Shown here piece after piece: positions 15,401-30,919 of a DNA stretch of 64,000 nucleotides. The DNA is from Octopus sinensis (Eukaryota): assembly GCF_006345805.1 (NCBI RefSeq), contig NC_043005.1, positions 21,266,001-21,330,000 on the forward strand. The letters are read 5' to 3'. The translations under genes and the position numbers were made by a program. The notes beneath the pieces were generated by a model that made no database searches, had not been told where the DNA came from, and worked only from the letters and a program-made list of their open reading frames with translations. Numbering within the stretch: position 1 is the stretch's first letter; each line of letters opens with the position of its first letter.

Positions 15401-18400
15401 AACTTCTTGTTTACAGGGGATTTTTTTACCACCAGTTCTCAAGAGTGGCCATGGGAACAAGAATGGGTCTCAAATATGCAAACCTGTTCCTCAGCTATAT
15501 GGAGGCCCAAATACTCTCACGATTCACAGGTCTTACTCCTGAGCAATATGGTCATTATATTGAAGACTGTATTGATGTGACCTCACTCTCCCATGAACAT
15601 CTTGACACCTTCCTCTCCTTTGTCAAGACCGTCTAGCCTGCTCTCAAATTCTTTTGTACTGTCTCCAATTCCTCCATCGACTTTTTCAACATTTCTGTTC
15701 ATATTCACCACTCCTCTCTTGCCACCTCTATCCACAACAAACACACAGACTCACACTCCAATCTCAACTTCTCCTCCTCCCACCCTAACCACACCAAACT
15801 GTCTATCTCCTACTCTCAGTTCATCCATCTCCACCAGCTCTGCAGTAATGACAGTCTAAACTTATGGCTCGCCATTTCACCCTACATGAATACCTCCTTA
15901 CCATTATCCAAACTGCCATTGCTCTCTCTCAACTTCCACCCCATTCTTACATGCCTTCCTTTCCCCTTCATCTACCATCCTTCCATCTCCCACAACTCCC
16001 TCCCCCCCTTCTCTCCTTCAAACGTGCCCATAACCTATATGACTTTCTGGTCTGTAGTTTCTAGTCCACTGCAACATTTGTTGGCTTTTTAATTGTCCTT
16101 GTACAGAGGCCACCCACACTCCCACCTCTACTGAGGAATTGATTTTCTTTCTTCATTTCTTTGCTCCTTATATATATGTGTGTGTGTGTGCCTGTGAATA
16201 TGTATATGTATATATCATCATCATCATCATCATCATCATTGTTTAACGTCCGCTTTCCATGCTAGCATGGGTTGGACGGTTCAACTGGGGTCTGGGGAGC
16301 CTGAAGGCTGCACCAGGCCAGTCAGATCTGGCAGTGTTTCTACAGCTGGATGCCCTTCCTAATGCCAACCACTCCGAGAGTGTAGTGGGTGATTTTATGT
16401 GCCACCGACACAGGTGCCAGACGAGGCTGGCAAACGGCCACGCTCGGATGGTGTTTTTTATGTGCCACCGACACAGGTGCCAGACGAGGCTGGCGGACGG
16501 CCACGCTCAGATGGTGTTTTTTATGTGCCACCGACATACACATACAAATACATTTATTTATGCATCTATACAGACATACATATGTATATGCATCAATGTA
16601 TGTATGTATTTATATCTGTGCAAATTTTTTTCAATTTGAGTCACCCAATATATTGTATTGTAACATAGTCATTTTCTCCATGTTCTCATCTTTTTCCTAA
16701 CATGCACTCTTGACACCAGTTTCTATTATTACTTCCAGTTCATGAAAAAATTAACTGTGGAGTTCCAAAAGATATTCCTGGTATATTGAAGTTCTACAAA
16801 ACCACCAGGTATAAATCTGAAGTAATCTATACCTGTTCAAAAGGAGAACAATTAAAGTCAACATGTGAAATGAACAAAGAATGGACTCCTATAGTATCAA
16901 ACTGTAAAGGTAATGTAAATAGCTTCTTTCTTGTCTCTAGGTAATTTTTTTTCTTTTCGTGTTAAACACTTTTGTCAAAAGAAGTCTGACTGACTCCATG
17001 ACACTTTAGATGATATTTGGTGTTTGTGGCTGGTGGAGGGTGAGAGCTAGTTATATTCTGACCAGAGACTTTTCCAAATGCTTGCAACAGAGGGAGCATC
17101 CTTGATTCTACACAAGAAGCAGGTAATGATATGAATTTGGGTGATAGATTATGTCTGCCGACCAAGAGCTGGAAGAGTAGAAACTTCTTGTCTTCACCAG
17201 GCTTCCACATAGTTTCCATCTACCAAATTTTATCCACAAGGCTTAGTTGTGAAGCAAATTTTTAACTACACAGACAAAATTCAACCCACTTCCATATTAT
17301 TGTTATGTAAAATTATATCCACAGGTATACCTCAGTTCATCCTGGCTATTTTTCTCTTATGCACTGAGTCCTAGATTTCAGTAATCATCTAAAACAGACA
17401 TCTGATGCTCTTTTTCTCTTCCAATTTGCCATCCTTAATGTTTCCTGATTTATGCATGATGTCCACAATTTTTTGTGGGAGGCGTTTAGTCAGTATCATC
17501 AACCTACAATTTAACTGATACTTTATGTTTTCTGTCCCTGCATAAAGGAAAGCAACTGTAAGCATTTCATCCATATACATTGAAATTAAAGATAAAGGTA
17601 ATCATACAATCCTCTTGAATGTGAAAGGATCTTTCTCTAAGACCAATTGAAGAACCCCTTACTACTGAAGATCATCCTGATCTCAAAGGATAACTATCCT
17701 CTCTGATTATTGCTCTCTGACCTACAGATTTATGCACTGTGGTCTTCATCATCTCTCACTATTTTTACCATTTTCACTTCATTTTCAATAATTTTTCTTG
17801 AGGACAGCACCTTCCTCTCTATCATCAACCTCTTTATAACTGAAATTTGAAATACGTGGATGAGGTATTTACCAAAATGGAAAGGCAGTGCCATCTGATT
17901 TTTCATCCTCATCCACCATATAACATCTTTTGCTGTAGATATTAGAGAGAGAAAAACTGCCTTCTTTCCTTGGTTAAAGGTAGATGTGGGGCAATCACCA
18001 TGATGGACTTGGCTAATAGTCAAATCCATCATGCCATACAACAGCAGTTGTCTGACTTAAATCCATAAATCAGCAATGTGTGAACTATGAATGAATGAAT
18101 GCATGCAAAATGATTTTGTTTTGTGAAGGTACCTCATAGAGGCTTAGCTGATGATACTTTCATGACTATGGATTCTATCTTGCACCAGTGGATTCCTTTG
18201 ATTGCTCTTCCTAGCCAAGCACTTTAGAAAGTTGTCAATAGTATTGTGAACAAAAATCTTCCAAAACAATCTTGTCAGTTCATTTTCCATTAATGCCCAC
18301 AACAGTTTTAGAGATGTCAGTGAACTATCCCTCCACTTACCCTCAAGAGATTGTTAGAGTGAAACATCCAATATCCCCTTGCTCAAGTCAGGTTTAATCC

Positions 18401-21400
18401 AACTTCTATATCCTCTGAAATTCTTAGTATTGCATTAGATAATGTATCCTACACTTTTAAAGAAGTTTGGGTGTGATTGAGGGAGATGGTGTTAATATTT
18501 GTAACATATTGGATGTCCATATCTACAGTGGCTGGGTGACAGTAAATTTTTTGCTTAATATTAAAAGATCAAACACAGCTTATGTTCCAGTTTGGTTTCT
18601 TGTCTAGTTGAACACCACCACCTGGCCATGGACAACGCTTGGCCTAATGTTAACCCTGTCAGGCCCAGACCCCTGTGTCTAACTTTATCAGCTACCTGGG
18701 CTCCTGAGCAAAATAATAAATAGTTGCATATACAGCTCAAGAGTAATGATTGCAGTCAAATTAAAGGGCAGAATCACAAAAATGCTTAGGAAAGTAACAA
18801 TAATAGACCTATCTCTCAACTACTGCATTTGTTCAATCCAGGCAAACTAGTGACAGAATAAAAATCTCAGGAGAACAACTGTATTTGTCCAACCAAATCA
18901 CTACTTTCCTCATCACTTTCACCAGTTCGATTGTCTGAATCACTCTCATTGTCCACATAAGGGTCATCTGAAAAATAAATGTCATCAATAATTTCCTCAT
19001 CTGTAAAGAGTTTAGGCCTTGCTTGCTTACTAAGGTGCTGGGTTCATTACATGTTCTTTCATCTCAAAAACTTTTTTTTTTTATTAAAAACAAAAGTATG
19101 AGACTTCTTTTAGGCTAGTCCTACTACATGAGGGACACAACATGATAAGGTTAATATACATACATTACAGAAACAAGCACTCACATTAACCCACAGTTAT
19201 TGAGGCTGGGCATGGACCACATTAAGGAGGGAGAGTGGCATGAGCATTTCTTAACATTGCTGTTTTGCTATGACTGCTTCTTAAAAGATGTATGTACCAC
19301 TTCATTGTAAACAGTTATGAATTCATTGTTTGGGACCATGACCAAACATGATTAGAAAAAGCATCAAAAGCAACAAAATTGTACGACATTCATGTCTTTC
19401 TCAAGGGCATTAACTATCTTTGTAAAAGTGAATTTATTTAGACTGAGAATCAAACCCATTACACTCCTGGAGTGGTTGGTGTTAGGAAGGGCATCCAGCT
19501 GTAGAGACCATGCCAAATCAGACCAGAACCTGGTGTGGCTCTCCAGTTCATTAGCTCCAGTTTAACCCATGCCATCATGGAGATTGAATGTTAAATGATG
19601 ATGATGATGATGATGATGATCATCATCATCATCATTGACTCACACCATTCAATCCATATTTATACTAAAAGAACAACTAGGAAAAAATAAACATGGTCCA
19701 TTCTACTTTTTGAACCAAGATATTATGACTGACTAAAATTTCACCCTCAGTGGATAGTAAAACTATTATGTTTATGGCTTATTCTGGTCATGAAATTCAG
19801 AAGAGGCAACCTTGTAAAGATAATCACTTTTTTCTTCATTTCATTAATAGTACAATTTTGATGAATTAAATTTTTTTTTAGCTAGCTACATTAATTTCTG
19901 AATTTATTTTATATTTATTCACTAGAGGATGATGGAAAGAAAATTATTTTAGTTTTCCAGGGTAACACATTGTAAAATCACTAAAGTGATGGTTGTTGCA
20001 ATGACTAGCATTATTAGTTACATTCTGGTTTCAAATCCCAGCAGAGTACACTTTTTCTTTCATATTTCTGATGTTGATTAAATGAGCACTATCATGAACT
20101 GAAGCTGATTTATTTTCATACTGCAGAATCTGTGGCCTTGTGTTTACAATAAAAACTACTGTTGTAAATATTGCCAAGATGGCTGAGGGTGTCTTGGCAT
20201 CACTTACCAAGTCCTTTGTGAGCCACTCTCCGGCTATCTGTCTGAGGCTTTATATAGCTATGGTTTGGCCTCACCTGTAATTTGCATCAGTGGTCTGGAA
20301 CCCCTATCTTGCCCAGGATATTAATCGTTTGGAAACTGATCAACAACGTGCAACCAAGAGAATACCCTCCATCAGGCATTTGCCATATTCTGAACGCCTT
20401 ACTTTCCTGGGCATGGATACATTGAAACTCCGATATCTGGTATTAAATTATTAACCATCTTACCAACAATAACGCTGAACACCTTTTCAAACTCCACCTG
20501 TCTAACATCCGTGGACATATTTACAAAGTCAGAAAACAGCACAGCTCCCATGACTTTCGGAAACAATTTTTCATGCTAAGAGTTGCTAAAGTATGGAACA
20601 AATTGCTGGCATCAGTCGTTAGTTGTCAGAGCACTGCATCCTTCAAAACTTCCATGCTTCCTGAGATTCACCAACACTACACCTGATTTTCTCCCCTCCA
20701 TACACACACAAGCATGTATCTGATTCATAAACTGTTCACTTTCCAGACATTTGTACATTACTGCATATGCTTTATGTGTACTTTTGACAAGTTGTGGTGC
20801 ACCTGAGCACTGTATACAATAATTTCATTATTATTATTATTATATTGGTAACACCAACAATGATTATAATTATTAGTGTTGTTAAGGGCAAAGGATTGAT
20901 AGAATCATTAGAGCATCAGACAACATATGTTGTAGTGTTTGTTATGGCTTTTTAACTTCTTAGCTCAAATCCTGCTGATATTTAATTGACCAATTCTGAT
21001 CTCAAAGATTTAGCCTGCTATTTCTATTGTTATTTTACTTTAATTCCAGTTGCTCAGATCCATTTTGTGAAAGTAAATGGTGCAGCTCTGGGTGTACCAG
21101 GGAAAATATTGTGGAAGAAGAAAAATGTAACAGCAGAAGCCTGTGCAGAAAAATGTTTGTCTGAAGAAACTTGTTCATCATTTGAAATAACTAAAGGTGG
21201 GAAATGTTACTTATCAAAGGGAAGTGCAGCTGCCTCTACGAAAATAAAATCAGCCAAAGACAGAGATTACTACCAACAAGTAAAACGTAATTGTTTTGTG
21301 TTTTATTGTTCAAATTTTCTTTTCCTTTTTTTTTATGAAATTTCTGATTCCATTTGTACTTCATACATTTCTGTAATGACATAGACAGATTTACCTTAAG

Positions 21401-21555
21401 AGACAAACACATGCTCCTGAAGAAAAAAAGTATTAAGAATTGTAAATATTGTTAGGGCATCCTCATACCGAATTTATTCACCTTGAATAAATTTATGCAT
21501 GCTTTCAATCATATTTTCTGTGTAAGAAAGGAAACATTATTTTCTGAAACCTGAA

Positions 21556-21591
<36 letters not shown>

Positions 21592-24500
21592 CTGTTGTTG
21601 TTGTTGTTGTAGCCGTAGTAGCAGTGGTAATGATAAATGTGACAATAGTGCCAACAGGCCATGGCAGTAGTGGTGTCAGTGGCCATTGGAGGAGAAGGAG
21701 GGAGAAAAGTAGCAGCAGCAGCAACAACTTTCTTTTCATTTGTCTATGTTGATATGGCTTAGACAGTGCTGTTATAGCACATTGTCTCACATAATTTAAT
21801 CTACAAATAAAAAGAAATGTAATGCCAAACTACACTAACTGATGGTGACATTGCCCACTCAATCCATTAATCCTTCAGTCTCTGGTACCTGGATAACATA
21901 ACTCTGGGTGGCTCAGTTGAGTCTGTTGTTGAAGATCTTCAGTAAGTCATGCCAGTTCTAAAGCTCTTAGTAGTTGAAACCAAGCCATTCAAGTTTGAGG
22001 TTGTTAATGTGAGTTACAGAAAAGCTGAATTCCAAGGCACTGTACTAAGCATTCAATCTACCTTGACTGGGGCTTATCTAGTGCTGAAAGATGCTGTCTA
22101 TATTCCCTTTTGAGATTGCCTGGAGACCAAGCATACAAAGCTGACAAGAATGACAGAGAGATTGCAGACATTAAGGCACACACAGCACTCTTCTTCCTGA
22201 GGAACTGCTTTATCCTCCCCAAACTCCTTTTCAGGCTGCATAGTGACATAGTTGTCACTCTTTTGAAAATGACCTTGTTGAATTTGTTGCTACCAGTCAA
22301 TGTTGAACTGAACTCATATGCAATTTTAGTAGTGCCAACTGGCAACAGATGAAGCTCCTTTGGAAATTTAGTGACCTCAGCGTCTCATCTGCTTCAGACC
22401 TGGCATTGACAGTCTATCTCTTCTCAATTTCCTCCAACTGCACCCTCATTAGCCAGGTTCTCCCCAAGACATTAGAACCTAATGTATCCTGGGAACTAGA
22501 ATCAGCGCTGGCCATCTAAACTGATTAAGGCTTTGCCATCCCCCAGTATACAGATGTCCAACATAACTGGGATAACATGAAGTGCAGGTCTTATTTCAGG
22601 CAGACTGAGTCTTCCTCGTACCAACACCACCTTGCATGCTACTGCTTTGTCTCACAACCAGAAAGTACTGCATGGATCATTTTAGTGCCCTTCTCATCAA
22701 CCAGCACCCTTCATAATTATGAGTGCACTTGCAGTGGTGTAACCCAGTGCCTTGGCCTCTGTATGTGCAAGCCATACAAATGCTGTTGCAGGATTGTTGT
22801 TGACAAGTTTGGCCTGACCCCAATATTGTGTCAGTTTAGGGCAGGCAAATTCTCTCGACACACAGCTCTGAACAACATCATCAAGGGGAACCTCAACACA
22901 GCCTGCTTCCTCTCACAACTGAAGCCAGCTGGCCTTGACTGATGCAATGGTAAGTACACTAATGGAATTACCTTCTTCCCATTCAAGGGAGATAAATCCC
23001 TAATCTGGGATGTGACATGTTGCCCTCCAGAAGTTCAAGCACATTTACAGCTCAGGTTTATACGAAGACAGTAACCCACCAGTTTCAAGTAATATGAACA
23101 GCCTTGCCATCAATAGATTTAGGAAGAAATTAACATAAACCTTCAACAAGTTAGATTTTTATAGAATGATTAATACCAATCTAACTACATTCTGCAAAGT
23201 AGTTATTATTTTAGAATTGATGTCTGGTATCAGGTAAGCCTAACAAAGAGAACAGACACTTTCATTGGAATTTCAACTACTATTTCCAAGCTGTAACAAG
23301 AAACTTAGGAGGGAGCACTGCAAAGTTAATCGCCAATTTATCCACAGATAGAGATTTGTGACAGTGTTTTTACTGTACAACAACAAAGTACTAGCTAGTA
23401 TTAGTTTTAGTGTGAAATTAGTATAAACAGAACATTTTCTTCTTCCATACTTGAAAGTAATTAGAAAGAGGATAACTTGATTCATTCCACTGTAAAAATG
23501 TCCATGTCTACATGGACATTTTTATCCTCCATTAGACACTACTTTTTCCTCCATTAAACACACACAAATATCACAAGCTTATGAAAGTACATAGTATTAG
23601 GGTTTGTTACTCCTGTGTAGTAAACATAATTTCTAGCATTGTGTATTATAATGGGAAATCCACCCTTTTTTTGCAGACACCCACTTGTGACTGTCAAAAT
23701 TAATCACCCTTCTCTAAGAGAAATGTACCTTTCTACAACAGTGGTTTATAGAGCCACCATGACTCCACCTGATGATTTACCATGGGATTCACAGCCAATA
23801 ACTTCAATGGAAGTTCCACTCAGCAGATATACTCCTTCAATTTCATGTAGAGGAATATATCCACTTCCCTGTCCTGTCTCATCTGGAGACTTTAAAATCA
23901 GGAAAATGATCTTCATCGCATAAGTTCAAACAACTCACCAAACCCACTTCCTAGTCAGAAGACAATTTTTCTGTATCTAACTAGGCCACAGAGAGCACTT
24001 TCCACTGATCACAAGCTCCATTTCGTATGAAAACTCACTGAGTGGAAGATTGATAAAATTATGGTTGATGATGCACAGATATGTGCTGAGGCTGAGATAT
24101 GCCCAACAGTTCTTTGATGGTGAACACATATGGTTAGTGTTTGTCCAAGGATGAACTGGGGAAAAAGCAGCTTGTCTCTTCAGGGAACTGCAGTCCTTGA
24201 TCAATTGACGATTGAGACTGGGTGCTTGTCATACGAAATGTCATCACAACACTGTACCATCAGGTTATGTGATTGATGGAACTTCCATTTTGGTGTTCTA
24301 TTGAAGATTAGTGGATGGTAAAAGCAATGACATTCTCAGGAAAAATTTGTGAATTGGTTGGTCTGTTCCCGGACAGAGCTCATGGATAAATTCCAGAAAT
24401 CGTTGGCCTGCCAATTCTACTAATGAGTATTGCCACTTTGTGATAAGTTCTAAAACAAATTGAACTGCTGTTCAGCCACACATGTTAAAGACATAGGCAA

Positions 24501-27500
24501 AGTGACAAAACTGTTCTGCATGCACTTGTCCAGTCCTTGAGCCTTGCTGACATGAAGCTATGTTGTCACATTTAAGATGGATCTGGCTGTCGCTTGAATC
24601 CCTCATGATCATCCTTTTGCCTACATTTGACTTGGAGGAACAAACAATCTTTATCTTTGGTGGCGTTGGTGAAAGTTGTATGGAGGTAAACAACATAGAA
24701 TGGGCTGTAGATATGACATACTCATCATTAGCTAAGATCTCAAAAACATTTTTAAGGTTTCACTTGAAAAGAAAAGAAGTGATGCCTATCAAAAAAGTCT
24801 TTGTTAGGTGGATGAACAGGACAGTTCTGAGTATACAGCTGTAAACTGGAGACAGACTACTGAAAAAGGGAACTTGTCTTAGTGGTTTGGGTGACTTTAG
24901 CTTTGTGGATTTCCACAAATAACCATTTGATGTTTCCCATAATTTGGGGAAAATTTACTTTGAAATTTTTGATTGTTTGGTATTTTACATTTTACATGCT
25001 CTTTTACATAATCCCACATTGCATCATCCTCTACCATCCCAGTGTCATTTACTACTCTTAGTAATTAATAAAGAAAGCATCATCATCATCATTATTATTA
25101 TTCAAGTGGTGAGCTGGAAGAATTGTTAGCATGCTGGATAAAATGCTTAGCACCATTTCATTTGTCTATGTGTTCTGAGTTCAAATACTACCGGTATTGA
25201 ATTTGCTTTTCATAATTTCAGGATCAATAAAATAAATACCAGTTGAATACTGGGTTGATGTAATTGACTTACCCCTTCTTCTGAAATTGCTTGCCTTGAG
25301 CAAAATTTGAAACTACACTTTTAAGGTAGTGACTGGCAGAATTATTAGCATGCCAGACAAGATGCTCAACAGAATTTCATCCATCTTTATATTTTGAGTT
25401 CAAATTCCACCAAGGTCAACTCTACCATTCATTCTTTTGGAATCTATGTAATTCACTATCCTGTTGCCTCAAAATTTCAGGCCTTGTGCCAACAATAAAA
25501 AGGATTATTATTATTATTATTTGAGGCAGGGAGCTGGCAGAATTGTTAGCACACCAGACAAAATGTATGATGACATTTTTTCTAGCTTTATGTTTTGAAT
25601 TTAAATTCTACCAAAGGTTATCTTGACCATTCAAGATGACACACTCCCCTAAAATTTGTGCCAGTATTATCACCGTTATCATTATTGAGGCAGTGAGCTG
25701 GCAGAATTGTTAGCACATTGAGCAAAATACTTTGTGGTATTTCATCTGTCTTTACGTTGTGAGTTCAAATTCTGCCAAGGTCAACTTTACCTTTCATCCT
25801 TTTGGGGTTGATAAAATAAGTACCAGTTGAACACTAGGGTCGATGTAATCAATTCATCCCCTCCCCCAAAATTGCTGCCCTTGTGGAAAACTTTGAAACC
25901 ATTATTATTATTATTATTGTTGTTTGATAAAGTCAGTGAGCAGGGAGAATCATTAGCACTCCAGGCAAAATGCTTTGCGGCATTTCATCCACCATGTTCT
26001 GAGGTTGACTTTGCCGTTCATCCTTACAGGGTCAATAAATTAAGTACCAGTGAAATACTGGGGTCGATATGACTGACTAGACTGCTCCCCCAAAATTTCA
26101 GGCCCTGTGCCTTTAGTAGAAAGGATTATTATTTGATGGAAACTCCCAGCTTATTTTGCTGGCAATGGTGGCAAGTGTCAACTGTCCACAACCAGCAAAC
26201 TAATGCAATGCTTGTTTATTGGTCCTGCTTTGAGTACCCTACTACTATTATTATTATCATTATTTTCATTAGTATTTTCTTTCAGTTCTGTTTCCATTTC
26301 TTGCCACGTGTCTTCTTGACACCCAGAACAGAGAAACATACTGTATACGTTGGTAGGTCATTAAAACAAACATACCAGATTGTTCATTTACAGAGCCATG
26401 TGATAGAGAAAAAGGAGAAAACAGAATGAAAAGGGAAAAAATAAAAAAATAGAAAAGTAAACAAATAAAATAAAAGGGAAAAGGAAAGAAAATTCACAGT
26501 GACTAATATTGTTGATGTTGTTGTTGTTATTATTATTATTGCCGTCATCCTGGCAAGCTTTGCTTGACCTCACTCTGTAGATTTTATGTAGAAAAAAAAT
26601 CACAAAATAATGTATTTGCACCCTTCAAGTTCATACCATTGTGGACAAGTTTTTGCTGTTGAGTGGTATGTTTATTTACCTGTTTTGTCCCCCCAGTTTT
26701 GGGGGACAGGTCAGTTGGTTTTGTTTTTTAATCATAGTTGTTTGCATTTTCCCCACCAACATGGAGAAAACACTTTAAAACACAGTGATGCTCGCATGTG
26801 ATAGAAGGGAGAGAGTGAGGAGCATCACCAAACATCAATGAGAGAGAATGCGAGCATGGGGAAGTGATTTCACGCTGATAAAATGAACTAATGATAGTTG
26901 TATTTTTGTCACAAAAAGGACAAAAAGGCCAACAGGGCCAATTTTTTTGCGAAGGATCTCTTAGAAGATCTTCAGAAAAGCGAAGGCTCCAGTTTTGACA
27001 ACATTGTTCGAAATAAAAACAGCAATTTCGAAAACGTAAATGATGAGTGTCCTTTCGATGAGAGTCAATGGATGAGTTGAGTATCAACAACAACACCAAC
27101 AACAGCAGTAACAGCAACAACAACAACATCAGCAGTACCATCAACAACCACAACAACAACAATAACAAAGGTGACAATAATGGCAGCAGCAAAAGCAACA
27201 ACAACAATGATGAAGCTAGAATAGCTCTTCTAAACGTACTTTCTCTGGAGCAGCCAAGTCATCTCTTCAGAGAACACAATTCTCTGAAGAGGAACTTAAA
27301 ATGCTAGACAGCTAGTCGAAAGAGACGGAATAGCTGTAAAGTTAAATACCACCGCCCACCCCATCTGAGACAATCTAGGATAAAATATGCCGCACAGTGA
27401 CATACTGTACAATCAATTTAAAATCAAGGTGCGTGGAAAGAGCCACAGAGGCTCAAATACAAAAAGCTTTAGGTTCTGTCTGGAATCTGAAAAAATATAT

Positions 27501-29786
27501 ACAGAAAAGAAGGGCCTATGGAATGGTGGACATTTGATTCTGCACAGAGGAAGAAGCCAAACATCACTCTCTGAATCCCCTCCAAAGCAAAGCACTGTTG
27601 TTAGTTCCTTTCTACTGCAGTCAGAGACTGGCTAAAATCATCATTCAACAAGAGTCGCCAGAAATAGCCATTCTTTGGCAAATTGCTGCAGTGACAATAG
27701 ACATTGAGGAAAACTCAAAAATCCTTGAAGCTTATCAGACCAAAAAAGAGAATCTGGTATAGGATGACCATAGAACTTATACAAATGACACAAAAGAATG
27801 TGGATCTCATGCCAGACCAGATCCTTCTTCCTGGGGGCAGCATAAATCCAATCAGGGTAGATGGAAGGAAAGCAATGTGCCACATTTGCTTTTCAACTAA
27901 CCAGTTAAAAGTCTTCTGCCCTAGACTAAAGGAAAAAGAGAGACAGGCACCTCTCCTCCCTACACAAACAATGGCTACCAGAACTCCAGCAACAGCAGCA
28001 CCATCATCATCAGCAGATTCAGCTGTGGCAACATCAACAACAATACCGATGCCAAGTTTCCCCAAACACTTTTCAACACCCGAAGATATTCCACTTCCTG
28101 ATGTGGAGCAGGTGGACATCACAGGTGGAGTCAGACCATGATGAGGAGTGGAAGTTGAAAACTGAAAAAAGAAAAAGAGACAGAAAAAAAACCAAACATA
28201 TAGACAAATAACAACAATCCTCATCCACACAAAAAGCAGAAAAAAATATCAAAACAAAAACAAATACACCCAAAACAGTCACTGTATCAACAACCACAAC
28301 CACCATCACAGCAACAACAAACACAAATTAAAGAGACTAACATTACAAACTGCATGGCAATAAGCACAAAAAACAATGGATTAATGAAGTACATAATGAC
28401 ACACAAAAACATTACACCAGACGATTTTGTCACAACCACAATCTTCCTACCTGCACACATACAAATCATTCAAACAACATAAAACACATACACATTCTTA
28501 AAAACGCAATTCACACAGGAAATTGGAGACTTGATCGCACTGCTTGTTAAAATCCCTGAGTATTTTGTAATGTTCATTTCCCATTACTCACTCTGGCTTG
28601 TGTTCATAACTTTGTTCAGCTCTCTCAAGGTTTGCTTTATTGCACAGCAGCCAGTGGACATATCTGGCCACATTGTCATGTCTCCTTTTATATTCACATT
28701 GTGCAAGCTTACAGCACTCACTAACAATGTGGCTTATACTTTCTCCTTTCTCAGGGTACATCCTACACTGTAGTGAGTCAATGCTTTTATTAATGTTATA
28801 TTTGGAGTAGTTTGTTCTGAGATCTTGTTTCTGAGTGCTGCACACTAATGCCTCATTGGGCCCTTTTAAGCCTCCTTTCTGCAGCCATTGCCATGTTCTA
28901 TTCCTTTTATTCTTCAAAAGCTGATTATGCATTATTGTTATTATTATTATTTCTTTATAGATAAATATGTAAAAGTACCAGCAATTGATATCTGGTGCAT
29001 TGTTTTATAATTGTTTTATACAAACATAACCCAGCCACAAAATTATTTTTCAGCATAACAGACACTTCTCAGAATTGATTTGAATTGCTGTACATCATGA
29101 CACATACACAAAAGCTCACCTGAATGTTTCAGCTGTAGATAATTCATTTATATATACCTCTATTGGTAGTGTTTGTTTAACATTGAATGGCCATAATAAT
29201 GCTTGATATTTTGGTTGACCACCTGTTTAAGGTCATACTAACCATATAAATGCACACCATGAGAGAGGAGATGTATAGATGTATTGTCTTCAGCCAAAAT
29301 ATTGGGACAAGTTTTCAATTAATTCTGATGATGTTATATAACTCACATGAATCATGACTAGGGTATCATTTGTACATCAATTATCTGTTTTGTCCATTTT
29401 CAAAATTATGCACTAGATGCCTTACAATAATTATCGTATGGAGCATCTGGGTATATTTGTGTTTGGGTGGATGGATGAGTTAAAAATAAACTGGTTATTT
29501 TTTTTTTTGCAGCTAATGATAAGCCTATCGTGTTGAAAAAAGTTAGCATGGCAAAGCAGGATATTTTGAAACGGTTTAAGAATGTGAACTTAAAGAAGTG
29601 TAATGAAGCTTGCTATCAATATCTAGAATGTAATTCTTATCAATACAATGAGGAGGAGAAGTTATGTGAGCTGAGTAATGTGACTCAGTTGACTGATAAA
29701 CTTAAACCCAATGGAAGTTGGGATGTATACATTATTAATCCAGGTCAGTAGAGTGTTTCCATCTAATTTATTGCTTGCATTGCTAT

Positions 29787-29821
<35 letters not shown>

Positions 29822-30870
29822 TATTACATCTGTGTGTGTGTGATCATCATCATTTAAGGTCAGTCTTCCATGCTGGCATGAGTTGGCCATTTTCACAGGA
29901 GATAGACAACCTGGAGAGCTGCACTAGGTTTCATTGTCTGCTTTGGCCTGGTTTCTACTGCTTGATGCCTTCCCTAATGTCAACCACTTTATAGAGTGCT
30001 TTTTAATGTGATACCAGCATTGGCGCTTTTTATGTAGCACCGACTGCAGTGGGGTCACCAAGTAAATTGTGAGACTAAGACATCTCTCCTTGGAGAGAAG
30101 TGGAAACAAAGTAGATGACTTCATGTCAGCTTAGAGTTAAAGGTATAATAGAGAGATAGAGATAGGTGTCTTACTATAGAAGAAATAGGGAGAGTTTACG
30201 AAAAAAACAAAAGACAAAGACAGGTGGTGTACAAAACAAACAGATGTATTAGTATAACGCTCAGGAATAGAAAAAGTCTTTTACATTTTGGGCCTACACT
30301 CTTCTACAGAAAGGGATACAGAAAAAAACAAGGAGAGAAAAAAATGTGTGTAGTGGCTAATGATCTATCATGGCGACGATAGATCGTTAGCCACTACATG
30401 AAATTTTTTTTAACGAAAGTTTCAACAAATACTGCACAGATGCTGTGGGTTCAGAGTATGTAGGGATTTATGGGAAAGAATTTTTCCTAGAGGTTAGGGA
30501 GAGGAGTTTTGGAAAATTCACATGACCCGACTGTTTTCCCCTCATAACTTTCAAGAAAATGGATTTCTTTTAATGAAATTTTATACAAATACCTTTCAAG
30601 TTAACATAGATTATGATTATGAAGAAATGTGTGGGGAAGAGAGGGCATGGAGAGAGGAGTTTCAAAAAACAGTTTTGGATCAGGAACACCAAATAAGTTG
30701 GAACTATTCCATTTTGATGGGGATTTTTCACATTTTTTTAACCACAGCCTTCTAAAAGATGTGTACAGGTAACATCTTTTTATGAAAAAAAGGTTTTAAC
30801 ATTTTTTGTACAACCCCCTTCCCCTTTCACTTTCACTTTGCTTCTCTTCATATATATACATACATACATA

Positions 30871-30919
<49 letters not shown>

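Noticed and set aside
16397-16536. 63-bp direct repeats as a CRISPR-like array
   Set aside because: There are no unique spacers. It is a plain tandem duplication inside a retroposon tail in a eukaryotic genome.
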